Shown piece after piece: positions 44,998 through 55,218 of a stretch of DNA of 64,000 nucleotides. Both the position numbers and the translations under genes were made by a program. The notes below the pieces were generated by a model. It ran no database searches. It was given only the letters and a program-made list of their open reading frames with translations, and was not told the origin of the DNA. Source of the stretch: Clostridia bacterium (GTDB lineage Bacteria > Bacillota > Clostridia > Christensenellales > CAG-917); assembly GCA_024405515.1 (NCBI GenBank), contig JAKSOR010000002.1, positions 14,062 through 78,061 on the forward strand, in the 5' to 3' direction. Every line of letters begins with the position of its first letter. Position 1 is the stretch's first letter.

Positions 44998-45881
44998 TGA
45001 AAACTGTCTGCGTAGGGGAAAATCTGGTAGATACATATATAACGGAGAATGGAGAAACTGCCGTTCCCGGCGGTGCGCCGCTTAACGTTGCATGCTATCT
45101 TTCATCGATGGGTTTTGACTCTTATATAATAACTTCTGTTTCCACCGACAAATACGGAGAAAAAATTCTTAATACCATTGAAAAATACGGTGTAAAAAAG
45201 GACATGATAGTTTACTCAGAACTGCCGTCTTCAAAATCAGTGGTTACCATTAATAGCACCGGAGACAGGTCATTCAGGTTTGAAAAAGAAGGTACTGCAG
45301 GATTTACAGTTAGTAAAGAAGATATAGATAAGGAGAAACTTAAAGGAGTGTCTCTTGTCCATTTCTGCACGGTATCTTTATTCAATGAAAAAATGCGTGA
45401 GGCAACTGAAAAAGTTCTCTCAGAAGCTGTCTCAGACGGGGCAATTATATCATATGATCTTAACATAAGAAACGGCCTCTTTGACAGTGAAAAGAAACAG
45501 AAAGAGACAGCACTTGAGTTTTTAAAATATGCTGATATGATTAAACTTACTGATGAGGAACTTGAGTTTATAACAGGAACTGAAAATACAGAAGAGGCAC
45601 TTAAAACAGTCTTTAAGTATGCATCAAATGCTAAAGTTGTGTTTTTAACTCTTGGCGAGAACGGCTCGTATGCTTATTCAAGAAACCTCGAAAGTGCCTA
45701 TCAGCCGGCAGAAAAGATACAGGCCGTGGATACTTTGGGCGCCGGTGATATGTTCTCTGCATCCTGTATTAAATACATACTCGGCAACGGATTTAAAGAA
45801 AACGCGAAAGGCTATTCAGACTGCCTGAAAACAGCAAGTATCAATGCCTCTGAGATATGCCTTAAAAAAGGAGCATTATAA
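44997..45881 (+). CDS. PfkB-family sugar kinase (fructokinase-like)
   Basis: The anion-hole motif DTLGAGDMFSA is present, and length and layout fit the ribokinase fold. Confidence 0.8.
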   Translation: MKTVCVGENLVDTYITENGETAVPGGAPLNVACYLSSMGFDSYIITSVSTDKYGEKILNTIEKYGVKKDMIVYSELPSSKSVVTINSTGDRSFRFEKEGTAGFTVSKEDIDKEKLKGVSLVHFCTVSLFNEKMREATEKVLSEAVSDGAIISYDLNIRNGLFDSEKKQKETALEFLKYADMIKLTDEELEFITGTENTEEALKTVFKYASNAKVVFLTLGENGSYAYSRNLESAYQPAEKIQAVDTLGAGDMFSASCIKYILGNGFKENAKGYSDCLKTASINASEICLKKGAL

Positions 45882-46360
45882 TGAAAATACTTCTCTATAT
45901 TTTATACTGGCTAATCCAGTGCACATACGGAATTATCCAGACCCTGATAGGATTCTGTATTTTTATAAAGCACATAAAATGTAAACATGAGTTCTATCAC
46001 GGAGCAATCCTTACATATCATGAAGGAGACTGGGGCGGAGTATCTATGGGCCCGTTCATATTTGTTAACGGAAAGAGATGGGAAACATGGGTTAAAGAAA
46101 CCAGGGTACATGAATATGGCCACACAATTCAGTCTCTTATTCTCGGACCGCTCTATTTCTTTGTTATAGGTATTCCTTCCATGATCTGGTGCAATGCAAA
46201 GAAGTTCAGGGATATGAGGGAAAGAGGAGAGAAAAACTATTTTGACCTTTACTGTGAGTCCGGTGCAAATACACTCGGTGCTCTAGTTACAGGTGAAGAA
46301 AAACCGAAGAGAGAACATACTACTGAAGAAATGAGAAGAAGGGAAAGAGAGAATGGATGA
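45881..46360 (+). CDS. Hypothetical membrane protein with an HExxH motif
   Basis: It has an N-terminal TM, the motif VHEYGHT and a second TM, then a charged tail. Its start and stop are coupled to the flanking genes. Confidence 0.5.
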   Translation: MKILLYILYWLIQCTYGIIQTLIGFCIFIKHIKCKHEFYHGAILTYHEGDWGGVSMGPFIFVNGKRWETWVKETRVHEYGHTIQSLILGPLYFFVIGIPSMIWCNAKKFRDMRERGEKNYFDLYCESGANTLGALVTGEEKPKREHTTEEMRRRERENG

Positions 46361-47042
46361 TTTTCTTTTAAGAACAAGAATGATAGTTCCGTCCGTTGAT
46401 GAACTTAAAGACAAGAAGGTTATTATCTTCGGGCTCGGCGGAGTAGGCGGTTATGTGCTTGAATCTCTTGTAAGAACAGGAGTGGGTCATATCGGCCTTG
46501 TTGATAACGATGTTTTTTCTGAGTCCAATTTAAACCGTCAGATTCTGGCGACCGTTGAAACAGTCGGGAAAGCTAAAACTGAAGTAGCAAAAGAGAGGGC
46601 TCTTTCAATCAATCCTTCATGTGACATTAAAACATATAATCTTTTCTATTCTGATGAGACTGAAAACGAAATCGCTCTCAAAGAGTACGATTATATTGTG
46701 GATGCAATAGATTCAGTTGCAAGCAAAGTCCTTTTAATAAAGAGAGCAAAGGAAAATAATATTCCGATAATTTCTTCTATGGGCACAGGTAACAAACTTT
46801 CAGTAAATTATGAAGTTACTGACATCTATAAAACACAGGTATGTCCTCTTGCAAAAGCCATGAGGCAGAAACTTAAAGAAGAAGGAATAAAAAATCTTAA
46901 AGTTGTATATTCAAAAGATGAACCTATTAAGGTTGCATCTAAAGATAATAAAAAACAGGTACCCGGAAGTATCTGTTTCTCACCTGCTGTTGCAGGCCTT
47001 ACAATTTCAAAAGAAGTTATTAAGGATTTATTAAAGATATGA
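46353..47042 (+). CDS. tcdA: tRNA threonylcarbamoyladenosine dehydratase (ThiF/MoeB-family, TcdA-like)
   Basis: The sequence reads GLGGVGGYVLESLVRTGVGHIGLVDNDVFSESNLNRQ. Confidence 0.8.
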   Translation: MDDFLLRTRMIVPSVDELKDKKVIIFGLGGVGGYVLESLVRTGVGHIGLVDNDVFSESNLNRQILATVETVGKAKTEVAKERALSINPSCDIKTYNLFYSDETENEIALKEYDYIVDAIDSVASKVLLIKRAKENNIPIISSMGTGNKLSVNYEVTDIYKTQVCPLAKAMRQKLKEEGIKNLKVVYSKDEPIKVASKDNKKQVPGSICFSPAVAGLTISKEVIKDLLKI

Positions 47043-48081
47043 TTTTATCAGTAACCTGGCTGGTTGAATAAATTCCGCCAAGGTCCTGAGTCATATATCC
47101 TTCATTTATGGCCGCTTCAACGGCCTTTTCTATATCTGCTGCTTCATCTGATAAGTCAAACGAGAGCCTGAGCATCATCGCTGCTGAAAGAATTGTGCCT
47201 ACAGGATCTGCGATATTGAGCCCTGCGATATCAGGTGCCGAGCCGTGAATTGCCTCATACATTCCTAGCGTTGTGTCTCCGAGTGATGCTGACGGCATTA
47301 CTCCTATTGAACCAACAAGAGCAGCGGATAAATCCGAGAGTATATCACCGAACATATTTGAGGTGAGAATCACATCAAAGTGGGAAGGGTTTAGTACCAT
47401 CTGCATTGCTGCGTTGTCAACATACATCATATCAACAATTACATCCGGGTAATCCTCATTAATATCGGTTACAATCTTTCTCCAGAGTTTTGAAGATGTA
47501 AGGACATTCGCCTTATCAACGAGTGTTATATGGTGATTTCTTTTCTGAGCAAGTTCATATGCGATTCTTGACACTCTTTCTATTTCAAGTTCACTGTAGC
47601 ACTCTGTGTCATATGCTTCTCTTCCGAAAGTTTTGTTATCCCTGAATCCTCTCTCTCCGAAATATATTCCGCCGGTGAGTTCTCTTACTGTCACAAAGTC
47701 TATTCCGTTTTCAACAATTTCGTTTTTGAGGACGCTTCTGTTTTTTAGTGCAGGATAGATTTTCGCTGGTCTTAAATTTGCATAGAGTTTAAGTTCTTTC
47801 CTTATGCCGAGCAGGGCAGCTTCTGGACGCTTTGGTGCATTGTCCCATTTGTATCCGCCTACTGCACCTAAAAGAACGGCGCCGGAAGACTTAGCTGCTT
47901 TTATGGTTTCTTCAGGAAGAGGATCTCCGAAATTGTCTATAGCAAATCCTCCGATAGGGGCATCTTTGATAATGAATTCATGGCCGTATTTTCTGCCGAC
48001 AGCCTCTATTACTCTCTTTGCACTTTCTATTACTTCAGGGCCGATTCCGTCTCCCGAGAGTGTACAGATACTGTATGTCAT
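47020..48081 (-). CDS. leuB: 3-isopropylmalate dehydrogenase
   Basis: Motifs are SGDGIGPEV and NMFGDILSDLSAALVGSIG. The gene sits within the leu operon. Confidence 0.95.
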   Translation of the reverse strand: MTYSICTLSGDGIGPEVIESAKRVIEAVGRKYGHEFIIKDAPIGGFAIDNFGDPLPEETIKAAKSSGAVLLGAVGGYKWDNAPKRPEAALLGIRKELKLYANLRPAKIYPALKNRSVLKNEIVENGIDFVTVRELTGGIYFGERGFRDNKTFGREAYDTECYSELEIERVSRIAYELAQKRNHHITLVDKANVLTSSKLWRKIVTDINEDYPDVIVDMMYVDNAAMQMVLNPSHFDVILTSNMFGDILSDLSAALVGSIGVMPSASLGDTTLGMYEAIHGSAPDIAGLNIADPVGTILSAAMMLRLSFDLSDEAADIEKAVEAAINEGYMTQDLGGIYSTSQVTDKIISLINP

Positions 48082-48560
48082 TTTCTTATCGCCTCCATAA
48101 GTCCGCCTTTCTCAATGATGGAAGAAATGAACGGATCCATCTCAGGAAGTTTGTATTCCCTGCCTGTTGTTAAATCTTTTAAAATGCCTTTATCGAAACT
48201 TAAAGTATCTCCGTTCGATATTTCATCTGCCATTTCTGCATTTTCAACTATATAAAGACCTGTATTGATAGCGTTACGGAAAAAGATTCTTGCAAAGCTT
48301 TTTGCTATTACCATTTTGACTCCCGATGCCTTAAGTGCAAGCGGTGCATGCTCTCTTGATGAACCACATCCGAAGTTGAATCCTGCAACTACCACATCTC
48401 CGTTTTTCACGGATGAACCAAAGTCTTTATCTATATCTTCCATACAGTGAAGTTTAAGATTTTCCTCTGAGGAATCATTAAGATATCTTGCAGGAATAAT
48501 GACGTCGGTATTTACGTTATCTTCGTATTTGAATACTTTTCCTTTGAACTTGAGCTTCAT
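48078..48560 (-). CDS. leuD: 3-isopropylmalate dehydratase small subunit
   Basis: It is 160 aa, contains GCGSSREHAP and lies downstream of leuC with a 4-nt overlap. Confidence 0.9.
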   Translation of the reverse strand: MKLKFKGKVFKYEDNVNTDVIIPARYLNDSSEENLKLHCMEDIDKDFGSSVKNGDVVVAGFNFGCGSSREHAPLALKASGVKMVIAKSFARIFFRNAINTGLYIVENAEMADEISNGDTLSFDKGILKDLTTGREYKLPEMDPFISSIIEKGGLMEAIRK

Positions 48561-49831
48561 AAGATTTCCTCCGGTGAACAGATATATCCCATCACTGCAG
48601 ATGCTGCAGCCACATACGGGGAAGCAAGATAAATCTCAGAGTCTTTTGCACCCATTCTTCCGACGAAGTTACGGTTTGTTGTTGCAACACATTTTTCTCC
48701 GCTTGCAAGTATTCCCATATATCCTCCGAGGCACGGACCACAGGTAGGGGTGGATACCGCACATCCTGCTCTCATGAAAATCTCAATAATTCCCTGGTCC
48801 ATTGCAAACCTGTATACCTCAGGGGTAGCCGGGATAATTATGCATCTTACTCCCTTTGCGACTTTCTTTCCCTGGAATATGGTCGCTGCTTCGCAAAGGT
48901 CTGAGAACCTTCCGTTTGTACAACTTCCTATTACAACCTGGTCTATATTTATTTTCCCTATGTCATCCACACCGAGTTTGCGTATGTTGCTCGGAAGGTG
49001 AGGGAAGGCAACGGTTGGTCTTATCTTGGATAAGTCAAGGACTATTTCCTGATCGTATTCGGCATCCTCATCAGGGAAGATGGCGTTTTCTTCAAGGTAC
49101 TGCTTTGTGCATGCGCCTCTTACAACAAGGTACATTTTTGCCTCATCATCAAGAGGGAAGAATGCATTTTTTGCACCGCATTCAACCGCCATATTTGCGA
49201 CAGTGAGTCTTTCTTCCAGAGACAGCGCTGAAATCTCTCCTGCAAATTCAAGGGATTTATATGTAGCACCGTCTACCCCGAGCATTCCTATGAGTGTAAG
49301 GATTACATCTTTTCCGGTTACATATTCAGGAAGTGAGTTTTTAAGGGTTACCTTAATTGCTGACGGAACTTTGAGCCAGACTTTGCCGTTTAACATAGCT
49401 GCTGCCATATCCGTGGACCCGATTCCTGTTGAGAAACAGCCGAGTGCCCCGTATGTGCATGTATGGGAGTCTGCTCCGATAATAAGGTCTCCTGGGTGAA
49501 CTAGTCCTCTTTCAGGAAGAAGTGCATGTTCTATTCCCATACGGCCGACATCATAAAAATGTTTGATTTCCTGTTTTTTTGCAAAGTCTCTTACGATTTT
49601 GCACTGTTCTGCGGATTTTATGTCTTTGCAAGGGGAGAAGTGGTCGAGAACAAGAGCAATTTTATCTTTGTCAAAAACTCTGTCGTTTTCGTTTAAAAGT
49701 TTTATAGCAACAGGAGAGGTAATATCATTACCCATAACAAGATCCACATCACAGGTGATGAGTTCTCCTGGTTTTACTTCTTTCCTTCCTGCTTTTTTTG
49801 CTAATATTTTCTGAGTTGCTGTAAGTCCCAT
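48557..49831 (-). CDS. leuC: 3-isopropylmalate dehydratase large subunit
   Basis: Aconitase-family motifs: IGADSHT, GSCTNGR and CGPCLG. Confidence 0.93.
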   Translation of the reverse strand: MGLTATQKILAKKAGRKEVKPGELITCDVDLVMGNDITSPVAIKLLNENDRVFDKDKIALVLDHFSPCKDIKSAEQCKIVRDFAKKQEIKHFYDVGRMGIEHALLPERGLVHPGDLIIGADSHTCTYGALGCFSTGIGSTDMAAAMLNGKVWLKVPSAIKVTLKNSLPEYVTGKDVILTLIGMLGVDGATYKSLEFAGEISALSLEERLTVANMAVECGAKNAFFPLDDEAKMYLVVRGACTKQYLEENAIFPDEDAEYDQEIVLDLSKIRPTVAFPHLPSNIRKLGVDDIGKINIDQVVIGSCTNGRFSDLCEAATIFQGKKVAKGVRCIIIPATPEVYRFAMDQGIIEIFMRAGCAVSTPTCGPCLGGYMGILASGEKCVATTNRNFVGRMGAKDSEIYLASPYVAAASAVMGYICSPEEIL

Positions 49832-49834
49832 AAT

Positions 49835-51361
49835 CTACCTTGTTAGAATATATTCGAAACTGTCTGCCAAGGCATTGAATGATGCCCTTATTATGTCTGT
49901 TGATACTCCGATTGTAGTCCAGGCCGATGATTTGTCTTTTGATGTGATAAGTACTCTTACATCTGCGCCGGTTGCTTTTGTTGAGTCCACAACTCTAACT
50001 TTATAGTCTATGAGCTGGACATCATTTAAAGAAGGATAGTAGACAGCGAGTGCTTTTCTTAATGCTTTGTCAAGAGCGTTGACCGGGCCGTTACCTGTAC
50101 ATGTTCCGGTTGATACTGAATTTCCGACTCTTATTGAAACAGATGCCATGTCTTCTCCGCTGCTTGAAGTTGAAATGGAATAATTCTCAAGAGCAAACGG
50201 TGAGTTAAAATCACGCATGATTTTTTCGGCCATTAATATGAAAGAAGCTTCTGCGCCTTCAAACTGATATCCTTCGTTTTCAAGTTCTTTTACTCTGTTT
50301 AATATTTCCTGAACTTTAGGATTTGACTTATCAAGGTCAGGGAATAAGAGACTGAGTTTTGCAATGATGGCACTTTTACCTGAAAACTCACTTAGTATAA
50401 GGTGTGTGTCGTTGCCGACTTTTCTTGGGTCAATGTGCTCAAAAGAATCAGATTCTTTTATTACTGCATCAACATGCATTCCTGCTTTGTGAGAAAATGC
50501 AGCATTGCCCACATACGGCATATGGGACGGAAGGACAAGATTTGCAATTTCCGCAATGGATTTTGCTGCAGAAGTTAACTGCTCAAGATGACATCTGCAT
50601 CCTGCGTGGCCTTTTAAAGAAAGGTTGGCAATTATTGTTGAAAGATTAGCATTGCCGCATCTTTCCCCGAATCCTAAAAATGTTCCCTGAACGTGTGTTG
50701 CTCCTGCCTGGGCTGCCATAACCGAATTGGCAACAGCCATGCCACAGTCATTATGTGCATGAATTCCGATTCTTAAGGAACTGAATTTCTCTGTTACTGT
50801 TTTTACAATTCTGAAGACAGTATCCGGCATCGTGCCACCATTTGTATCGCAGAGAACGAGTGTGTCTGCTCCTGCATCAGCTGCTGCATTAAGGCAGGTA
50901 AGGGCATACTTTTCGTCAGTCAGAAAACTGTCAAAAAAGTGTTCTGCATCGAATATGACTCTCTTTTTCTTAGATACAAGGTATGAAACAGTTGAAGAAA
51001 TCAGTTTCAGATTTTCCTCTTTTGATATCCCGAGTATCTCGGTTGCCTGTTTCTCGGATGACTTGCCGAAAATGACAACGGTATCAGTTCCTGCCTGGAT
51101 AAGTTTTTTTATGTTCTCATCTTTATCGGCAGTGGTGTCTTTTCTGTGTGTTGCACCAAAAGCAGCGAGTCTGCTGCTTCTTGTTTCTTTAAAGAATTCT
51201 TCATCTTTAGGATTGGACGCAGGATCCCCGCCTTCGATAATATCTATACCGAATTCATCAAGAATTTTAAAGACGGACTGCATGTCTTTTACTGAGAAAC
51301 TGATTCCTACAGCCTGTGCTCCGTCTCGTAGTGTTGTGTCCAGAAATTCAATATATGCCAT
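49835..51361 (-). CDS. cimA: (R)-citramalate synthase (LeuA-family, CimA type)
   Basis: The N-terminus reads IEFLDTTLRDGAQAVGISFSVKDM...IIEGGDPASNPKDEEFF. It also contains HAHNDCGMAVANS and a C-terminal regulatory domain. It is distinct from the adjacent canonical leuA. Confidence 0.8.
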   Translation of the reverse strand: MAYIEFLDTTLRDGAQAVGISFSVKDMQSVFKILDEFGIDIIEGGDPASNPKDEEFFKETRSSRLAAFGATHRKDTTADKDENIKKLIQAGTDTVVIFGKSSEKQATEILGISKEENLKLISSTVSYLVSKKKRVIFDAEHFFDSFLTDEKYALTCLNAAADAGADTLVLCDTNGGTMPDTVFRIVKTVTEKFSSLRIGIHAHNDCGMAVANSVMAAQAGATHVQGTFLGFGERCGNANLSTIIANLSLKGHAGCRCHLEQLTSAAKSIAEIANLVLPSHMPYVGNAAFSHKAGMHVDAVIKESDSFEHIDPRKVGNDTHLILSEFSGKSAIIAKLSLLFPDLDKSNPKVQEILNRVKELENEGYQFEGAEASFILMAEKIMRDFNSPFALENYSISTSSSGEDMASVSIRVGNSVSTGTCTGNGPVNALDKALRKALAVYYPSLNDVQLIDYKVRVVDSTKATGADVRVLITSKDKSSAWTTIGVSTDIIRASFNALADSFEYILTR

Positions 51362-51402
51362 TTTATCTTCTTGTTTCGTATATATAAAATATACGTTCTG
51401 TA

Positions 51403-52911
51403 TTATTCTTCGTACTGAATGAGCTTGTTGATTGCATCAAGATAGGCAATTAAAGATGCTTCCATAACGTCTGTTGATATGCCTTTGCCTGTCATGATTT
51501 CCTTACCGTTTGTAAGTTTTACGATAGCCTCACCGAGAGCATCCTTACCTTCTGTAATGGAGTGTACCTGATAGTCAAGAAGTCTGAAGAAGTCTCCGGT
51601 AATATTGAGGATTGCCTTGAATCCGGCATCAATAGGTCCGTCTCCTGTCATCTTTTCGGTCTGTGATTTACCTTCGGATTCAAGAGTGATAGTAGCCGAT
51701 GCCTGATTTTTAATTGCAGAGATTTCATAGTCTTTAAGAGTATATATTCTCTTGATTACTCGTCTTGTATATCCGGCAAGAAGTGTTTCTATATCTACTC
51801 TTGAGACATCTTTCTTTCTGTCGGCAAGTTCTTTGAACTTAGGGAAGAGGGTATCAATTTGTTCGTCTGTAAGTGTGTATCCCATTTCGACAGTCAGGTC
51901 CTTGAATGCATGGCGTCCTGAATGTTTTCCTATAACAAGTGCGTTTTCAGGGATACCGATATCTGACGGGTCCATAATCTGATAAGTTGCCTTATCCTGA
52001 AGAATTCCGTGCTGATGGATTCCTGATTCGTGAAGGAATGCATTTGAACCTATAATAGCCTTATTTGCGGACGGCTTGATACCGACAATGGAAGATACAA
52101 GTTTTGATGTCCTGTAAATTTTCTTTGTATCAATACCGGTTTCAAGTTTATAGTATTCTTTTCTTGTCTTGATGCCCATCGCAATTTCTTCAAGAGGGGC
52201 ATTTCCGGCTCTTTCTCCGATTCCGTTGATGGTGCACTCAATCTGGCCGGCACCTACCACTGCTGCAGCGAGTGAGTTTGCAACTGCAAGACCAAGGTCA
52301 TCATGGCAGTGAACGGAAATGGTTACATTGTCTATGCCTTTCACATTCTTTTTAAGGTATACGATCATACCGGAAAATTCCTGAGGTGTAATAAAACCTG
52401 TGGTATCCGGAATATTGATGGTTGTTGCTCCCGCATTTACTGCAGTCTGTGCGCATTTTGCAAGAAAATCTATAGGGGTACGTGATGCATCCTCAAAACT
52501 GAACTGAACATCGTCAGTGTACTTTTTTGCATATCTTGTATATTTGTCGATAATCTGTATGCACTCATCCTGGGTGATATTGAGTTTATGATTCAGATGG
52601 ACAGGGGATGTTGCAATGAAAATATGAAGGCGCGGATGAACTGCGTCTTTTATTGCATCAAATCCTTTATCTATATCATCCTCACGGCAGCGGCAGAGAA
52701 CAGCGACAGAAGCTCTTTTTACTACTCCTGCGATTTCTTTGACTGCCTTGAATTCTCCTTCGGAGGATGCAGGGAAACCTGCCTCGATTACATCCACTCC
52801 GAGCTTGTCAAGAGCTTCTGCTATATCGAGTTTTTCACCAAGATGCATTGAGCATCCAGGGGATTGTTCCCCGTCTCTTAATGTGGTGTCAAAAATAGTT
52901 ATTTTTCTCAT
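51403..52911 (-). CDS. leuA: 2-isopropylmalate synthase
   Basis: Motifs are ITIFDTTLRDGEQSPG, HCHDDLGLAVANSLAA and the LeuA dimerisation/regulatory C-terminus. Confidence 0.93.
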   Translation of the reverse strand: MRKITIFDTTLRDGEQSPGCSMHLGEKLDIAEALDKLGVDVIEAGFPASSEGEFKAVKEIAGVVKRASVAVLCRCREDDIDKGFDAIKDAVHPRLHIFIATSPVHLNHKLNITQDECIQIIDKYTRYAKKYTDDVQFSFEDASRTPIDFLAKCAQTAVNAGATTINIPDTTGFITPQEFSGMIVYLKKNVKGIDNVTISVHCHDDLGLAVANSLAAAVVGAGQIECTINGIGERAGNAPLEEIAMGIKTRKEYYKLETGIDTKKIYRTSKLVSSIVGIKPSANKAIIGSNAFLHESGIHQHGILQDKATYQIMDPSDIGIPENALVIGKHSGRHAFKDLTVEMGYTLTDEQIDTLFPKFKELADRKKDVSRVDIETLLAGYTRRVIKRIYTLKDYEISAIKNQASATITLESEGKSQTEKMTGDGPIDAGFKAILNITGDFFRLLDYQVHSITEGKDALGEAIVKLTNGKEIMTGKGISTDVMEASLIAYLDAINKLIQYEE

Positions 52912-53426
52912 TATTTTTCTTCCTCACTCTCAGCCATAACTTTATTCCCGCGCTCAAGTGCAGCGCCGCCTGTCCTTGCCATTTCAAGAATCTTATAGCT
53001 TCCGAGTGTTGCAATAAATGCATCGATTTTATCTGTATTTCCTGTGAGCTCAAGCATCATGGAATCCATTGTGGTATCTATTGATTTTGCCTTGAAAAGC
53101 GTGCATAAATCCACGATTTCCCCTCTCTTTTCAGGTGCTACTGCAAGTTTTATAAGCAGGAGTTCCCTGAGTGCAACATTTCCGTGATCAAATGTCATGA
53201 CTTTGACAACGTCTTCCTGTTTTTCAAGCTGGGCTGTAATCTGCTTTGCTGTTGACAGCGTGCCGTTAAGGCAGATTGTCATTCTTGAATATCTTTCATC
53301 CTCTGTGGCACATACTGACAAACTGTCAATATTGTATCCGCGTCTTGAGAATAATCCTGATATTCTTGACAGTACACCAGGCTGGTTGTTTACGAGTATT
53401 GCAATAATCTGTCTTGAGTTTTCCAT
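52911..53426 (-). CDS. ilvN: Acetolactate synthase small (regulatory) subunit
   Basis: The ACT domain is ILVNNQPGVLSRISGLFSRRGYNIDSL. The gene is coupled to ilvB and leuA. Confidence 0.9.
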   Translation of the reverse strand: MENSRQIIAILVNNQPGVLSRISGLFSRRGYNIDSLSVCATEDERYSRMTICLNGTLSTAKQITAQLEKQEDVVKVMTFDHGNVALRELLLIKLAVAPEKRGEIVDLCTLFKAKSIDTTMDSMMLELTGNTDKIDAFIATLGSYKILEMARTGGAALERGNKVMAESEEEK

Positions 53427-53427
53427 A

Positions 53428-55005
53428 TTAATGAATTCCTTCGTTTATTGATATCCTGCAGTCTATGACAACAGGAAGTGAGCCGTTTAAGGCCTCGTTT
53501 AGTTTTTCGTTTATATCATCTGTTTCGTTTATGACAATTCCTCTTGCTCCCATAGACTCTGCAAGTTTTACATAGTCTGTATTAAGGTAAAGGGAAGATG
53601 CCATATATCCTTTTGATTTTCTCCCGTACTGAAGAAGACGGATAAGCCCTAATGAATTATTGTTAAGGACAACAATTATCACAGGGATATGGTATTTAAC
53701 GCAAGTGAGAAGCTCATTGAAATTCATATTGAATGAACCGTCTCCCGTGATTATGAGCTGTTTTCCTCCGGTTGCAAAGTGTGAACCTATTGCTGCGCCA
53801 ATTGAAAATCCCATTGCCCCGAGCCCTCCGCTCGTCAGGAACTTATTAGGGGAGAGAAATTTATAATTCAGTGCTGTCCAGATCTGATGAAGTCCGACAT
53901 CCGTTGATACTGTTACGCTGTCCTTAAGTTTTTCTGAAAGTGCACATATTATCTGTATGCCCCGGTTTGTGTCTTCAGGGAGTTCTTCCTCTTTATATGC
54001 CCATTCAAGCATTTCCCTCTGCTCAATTTCCGGGTTTACCTTTGAGAGGACTTCTTTTATGTCTCCTAAAACTGATGCGGTAGTTAAGATGTTTTTATCT
54101 ATTTCAGCTCTGTCAGCATCTATCTGAAGAACAGCTATCTTTCTCTTTTTAAGTGTGTTGAAGGCATTGAATCTTGAATTGAATCTTGCCCCGAGAGTTA
54201 TAAAGAGGTCGCATTCTTTGAAGATGGAAGGCAGCATTAAGTTCTCGTTGGATAAAACTCCGGCATAAAGGGGACTTGACTGATCGAATGAACCGATTCC
54301 CATAAAAGATGTAACTACAGGACAGTTTAATTTTTCCGCAAGTATTTTTACTTCCTTTTCTGCTCCTGAGAATTTTACACCTCCACCTACATATATAACA
54401 GGTTTCTCGGCGCTTTTGATTAAACTCACGGCGGCGGAAATTTCTTCCGGAGACGGGTCTTTATGGGTGAATTTCTGTGAAGGCTCTTTTTCATATGTGC
54501 CCGTTTCATCAAGAACACTCTTCGGGATATCTACAAGAACAGGTCCTTTTCTCCCGCTCTCGGCAATGGTGAATGCCTTTCTTATTAGTGGTGCAATATC
54601 ATCTGCCTTTGTTATGATGATTGAATATTTTGTTACAGGCATTGCCATGTCAAAAATATCCACTTCCTGGAAAGAATCATGCCCCAGATCCTCAAGATTG
54701 ACGTTTCCTGTTATTGCTACCATAGGAACGGAATCCATATATGCATCTGCAAGACCGGTTAATAGGTTAGTGGCTCCAGGTCCTGAGGTTGCAAGACAGA
54801 CACCTGCTTTAAATGAGGATCTTGCATATCCTTCTGCAGCAAAAGCCGCGCCCTGTTCATCTGTACATAAAATATGCTTAATGGAAGAAGACGGCAGTGC
54901 ATCGTATACGGAAAGAATGGCAGCACCAGGGTAGCCGAATATGTTTTCGACTCCTCTTTCCTCAAGTGTTTTGATTAAAATCTGGGCACCTGTGTATCTT
55001 GCCAT
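53428..55005 (-). CDS. ilvB: Acetolactate synthase large (catalytic) subunit
   Basis: Motifs are GAQILIKTLEERGVENIFGYPGAAIL and the ThDP motif GDGSFNMNFNEL. Confidence 0.93.
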   Translation of the reverse strand: MARYTGAQILIKTLEERGVENIFGYPGAAILSVYDALPSSSIKHILCTDEQGAAFAAEGYARSSFKAGVCLATSGPGATNLLTGLADAYMDSVPMVAITGNVNLEDLGHDSFQEVDIFDMAMPVTKYSIIITKADDIAPLIRKAFTIAESGRKGPVLVDIPKSVLDETGTYEKEPSQKFTHKDPSPEEISAAVSLIKSAEKPVIYVGGGVKFSGAEKEVKILAEKLNCPVVTSFMGIGSFDQSSPLYAGVLSNENLMLPSIFKECDLFITLGARFNSRFNAFNTLKKRKIAVLQIDADRAEIDKNILTTASVLGDIKEVLSKVNPEIEQREMLEWAYKEEELPEDTNRGIQIICALSEKLKDSVTVSTDVGLHQIWTALNYKFLSPNKFLTSGGLGAMGFSIGAAIGSHFATGGKQLIITGDGSFNMNFNELLTCVKYHIPVIIVVLNNNSLGLIRLLQYGRKSKGYMASSLYLNTDYVKLAESMGARGIVINETDDINEKLNEALNGSLPVVIDCRISINEGIH

Positions 55006-55067
55006 ATCTTATGTTTCCTATTATTAAAAATATATAAATATTCTATATCAAACGCGTGCATAAAGCA

Positions 55068-55094
55068 ATTATATTCACAAATGGAGGTATGCAA
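55068..55094 (-). promoter_or_regulatory. Candidate promoter of the ilvB-leuB operon: TTGCAT, 15 nt spacer, TATAAT
   Basis: Minus strand: -35 TTGCAT (55089-55094) and -10 TATAAT (55068-55073). The spacer is short at 15 nt. Confidence 0.35.
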
Positions 55095-55189
55095 AATGAA
55101 TAAAAAATGAATAAACGTGTATAAAATAGTGATTTTATGCATAAAACGAGAAAAATATTAATTTTTTTGAAATATTTATTCAAATTTGT

Positions 55190-55218
55190 TTGCAATTTAT
55201 TTTTGATGGTGCTATGAT
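55190..55218 (+). promoter_or_regulatory. Promoter of the amino-acid ABC transporter operon: TTGCAA, 17 nt spacer, TGc-TATGAT (extended -10)
   Basis: The -35 box is at 55190-55195, TG at 55210-55211 and the -10 box at 55213-55218. This lies about 45 nt upstream of the ATG at 55263, and GAGG precedes the start. Confidence 0.55.

Noticed and set aside
55084-55110. A tiny plus-strand ORF (MNKK-stop) with a GGAGG 8 nt upstream, in the ilvB/ABC intergenic region.
   Set aside because: At four codons in an AT-rich spacer upstream of the mapped plus-strand promoter, it is most likely chance.
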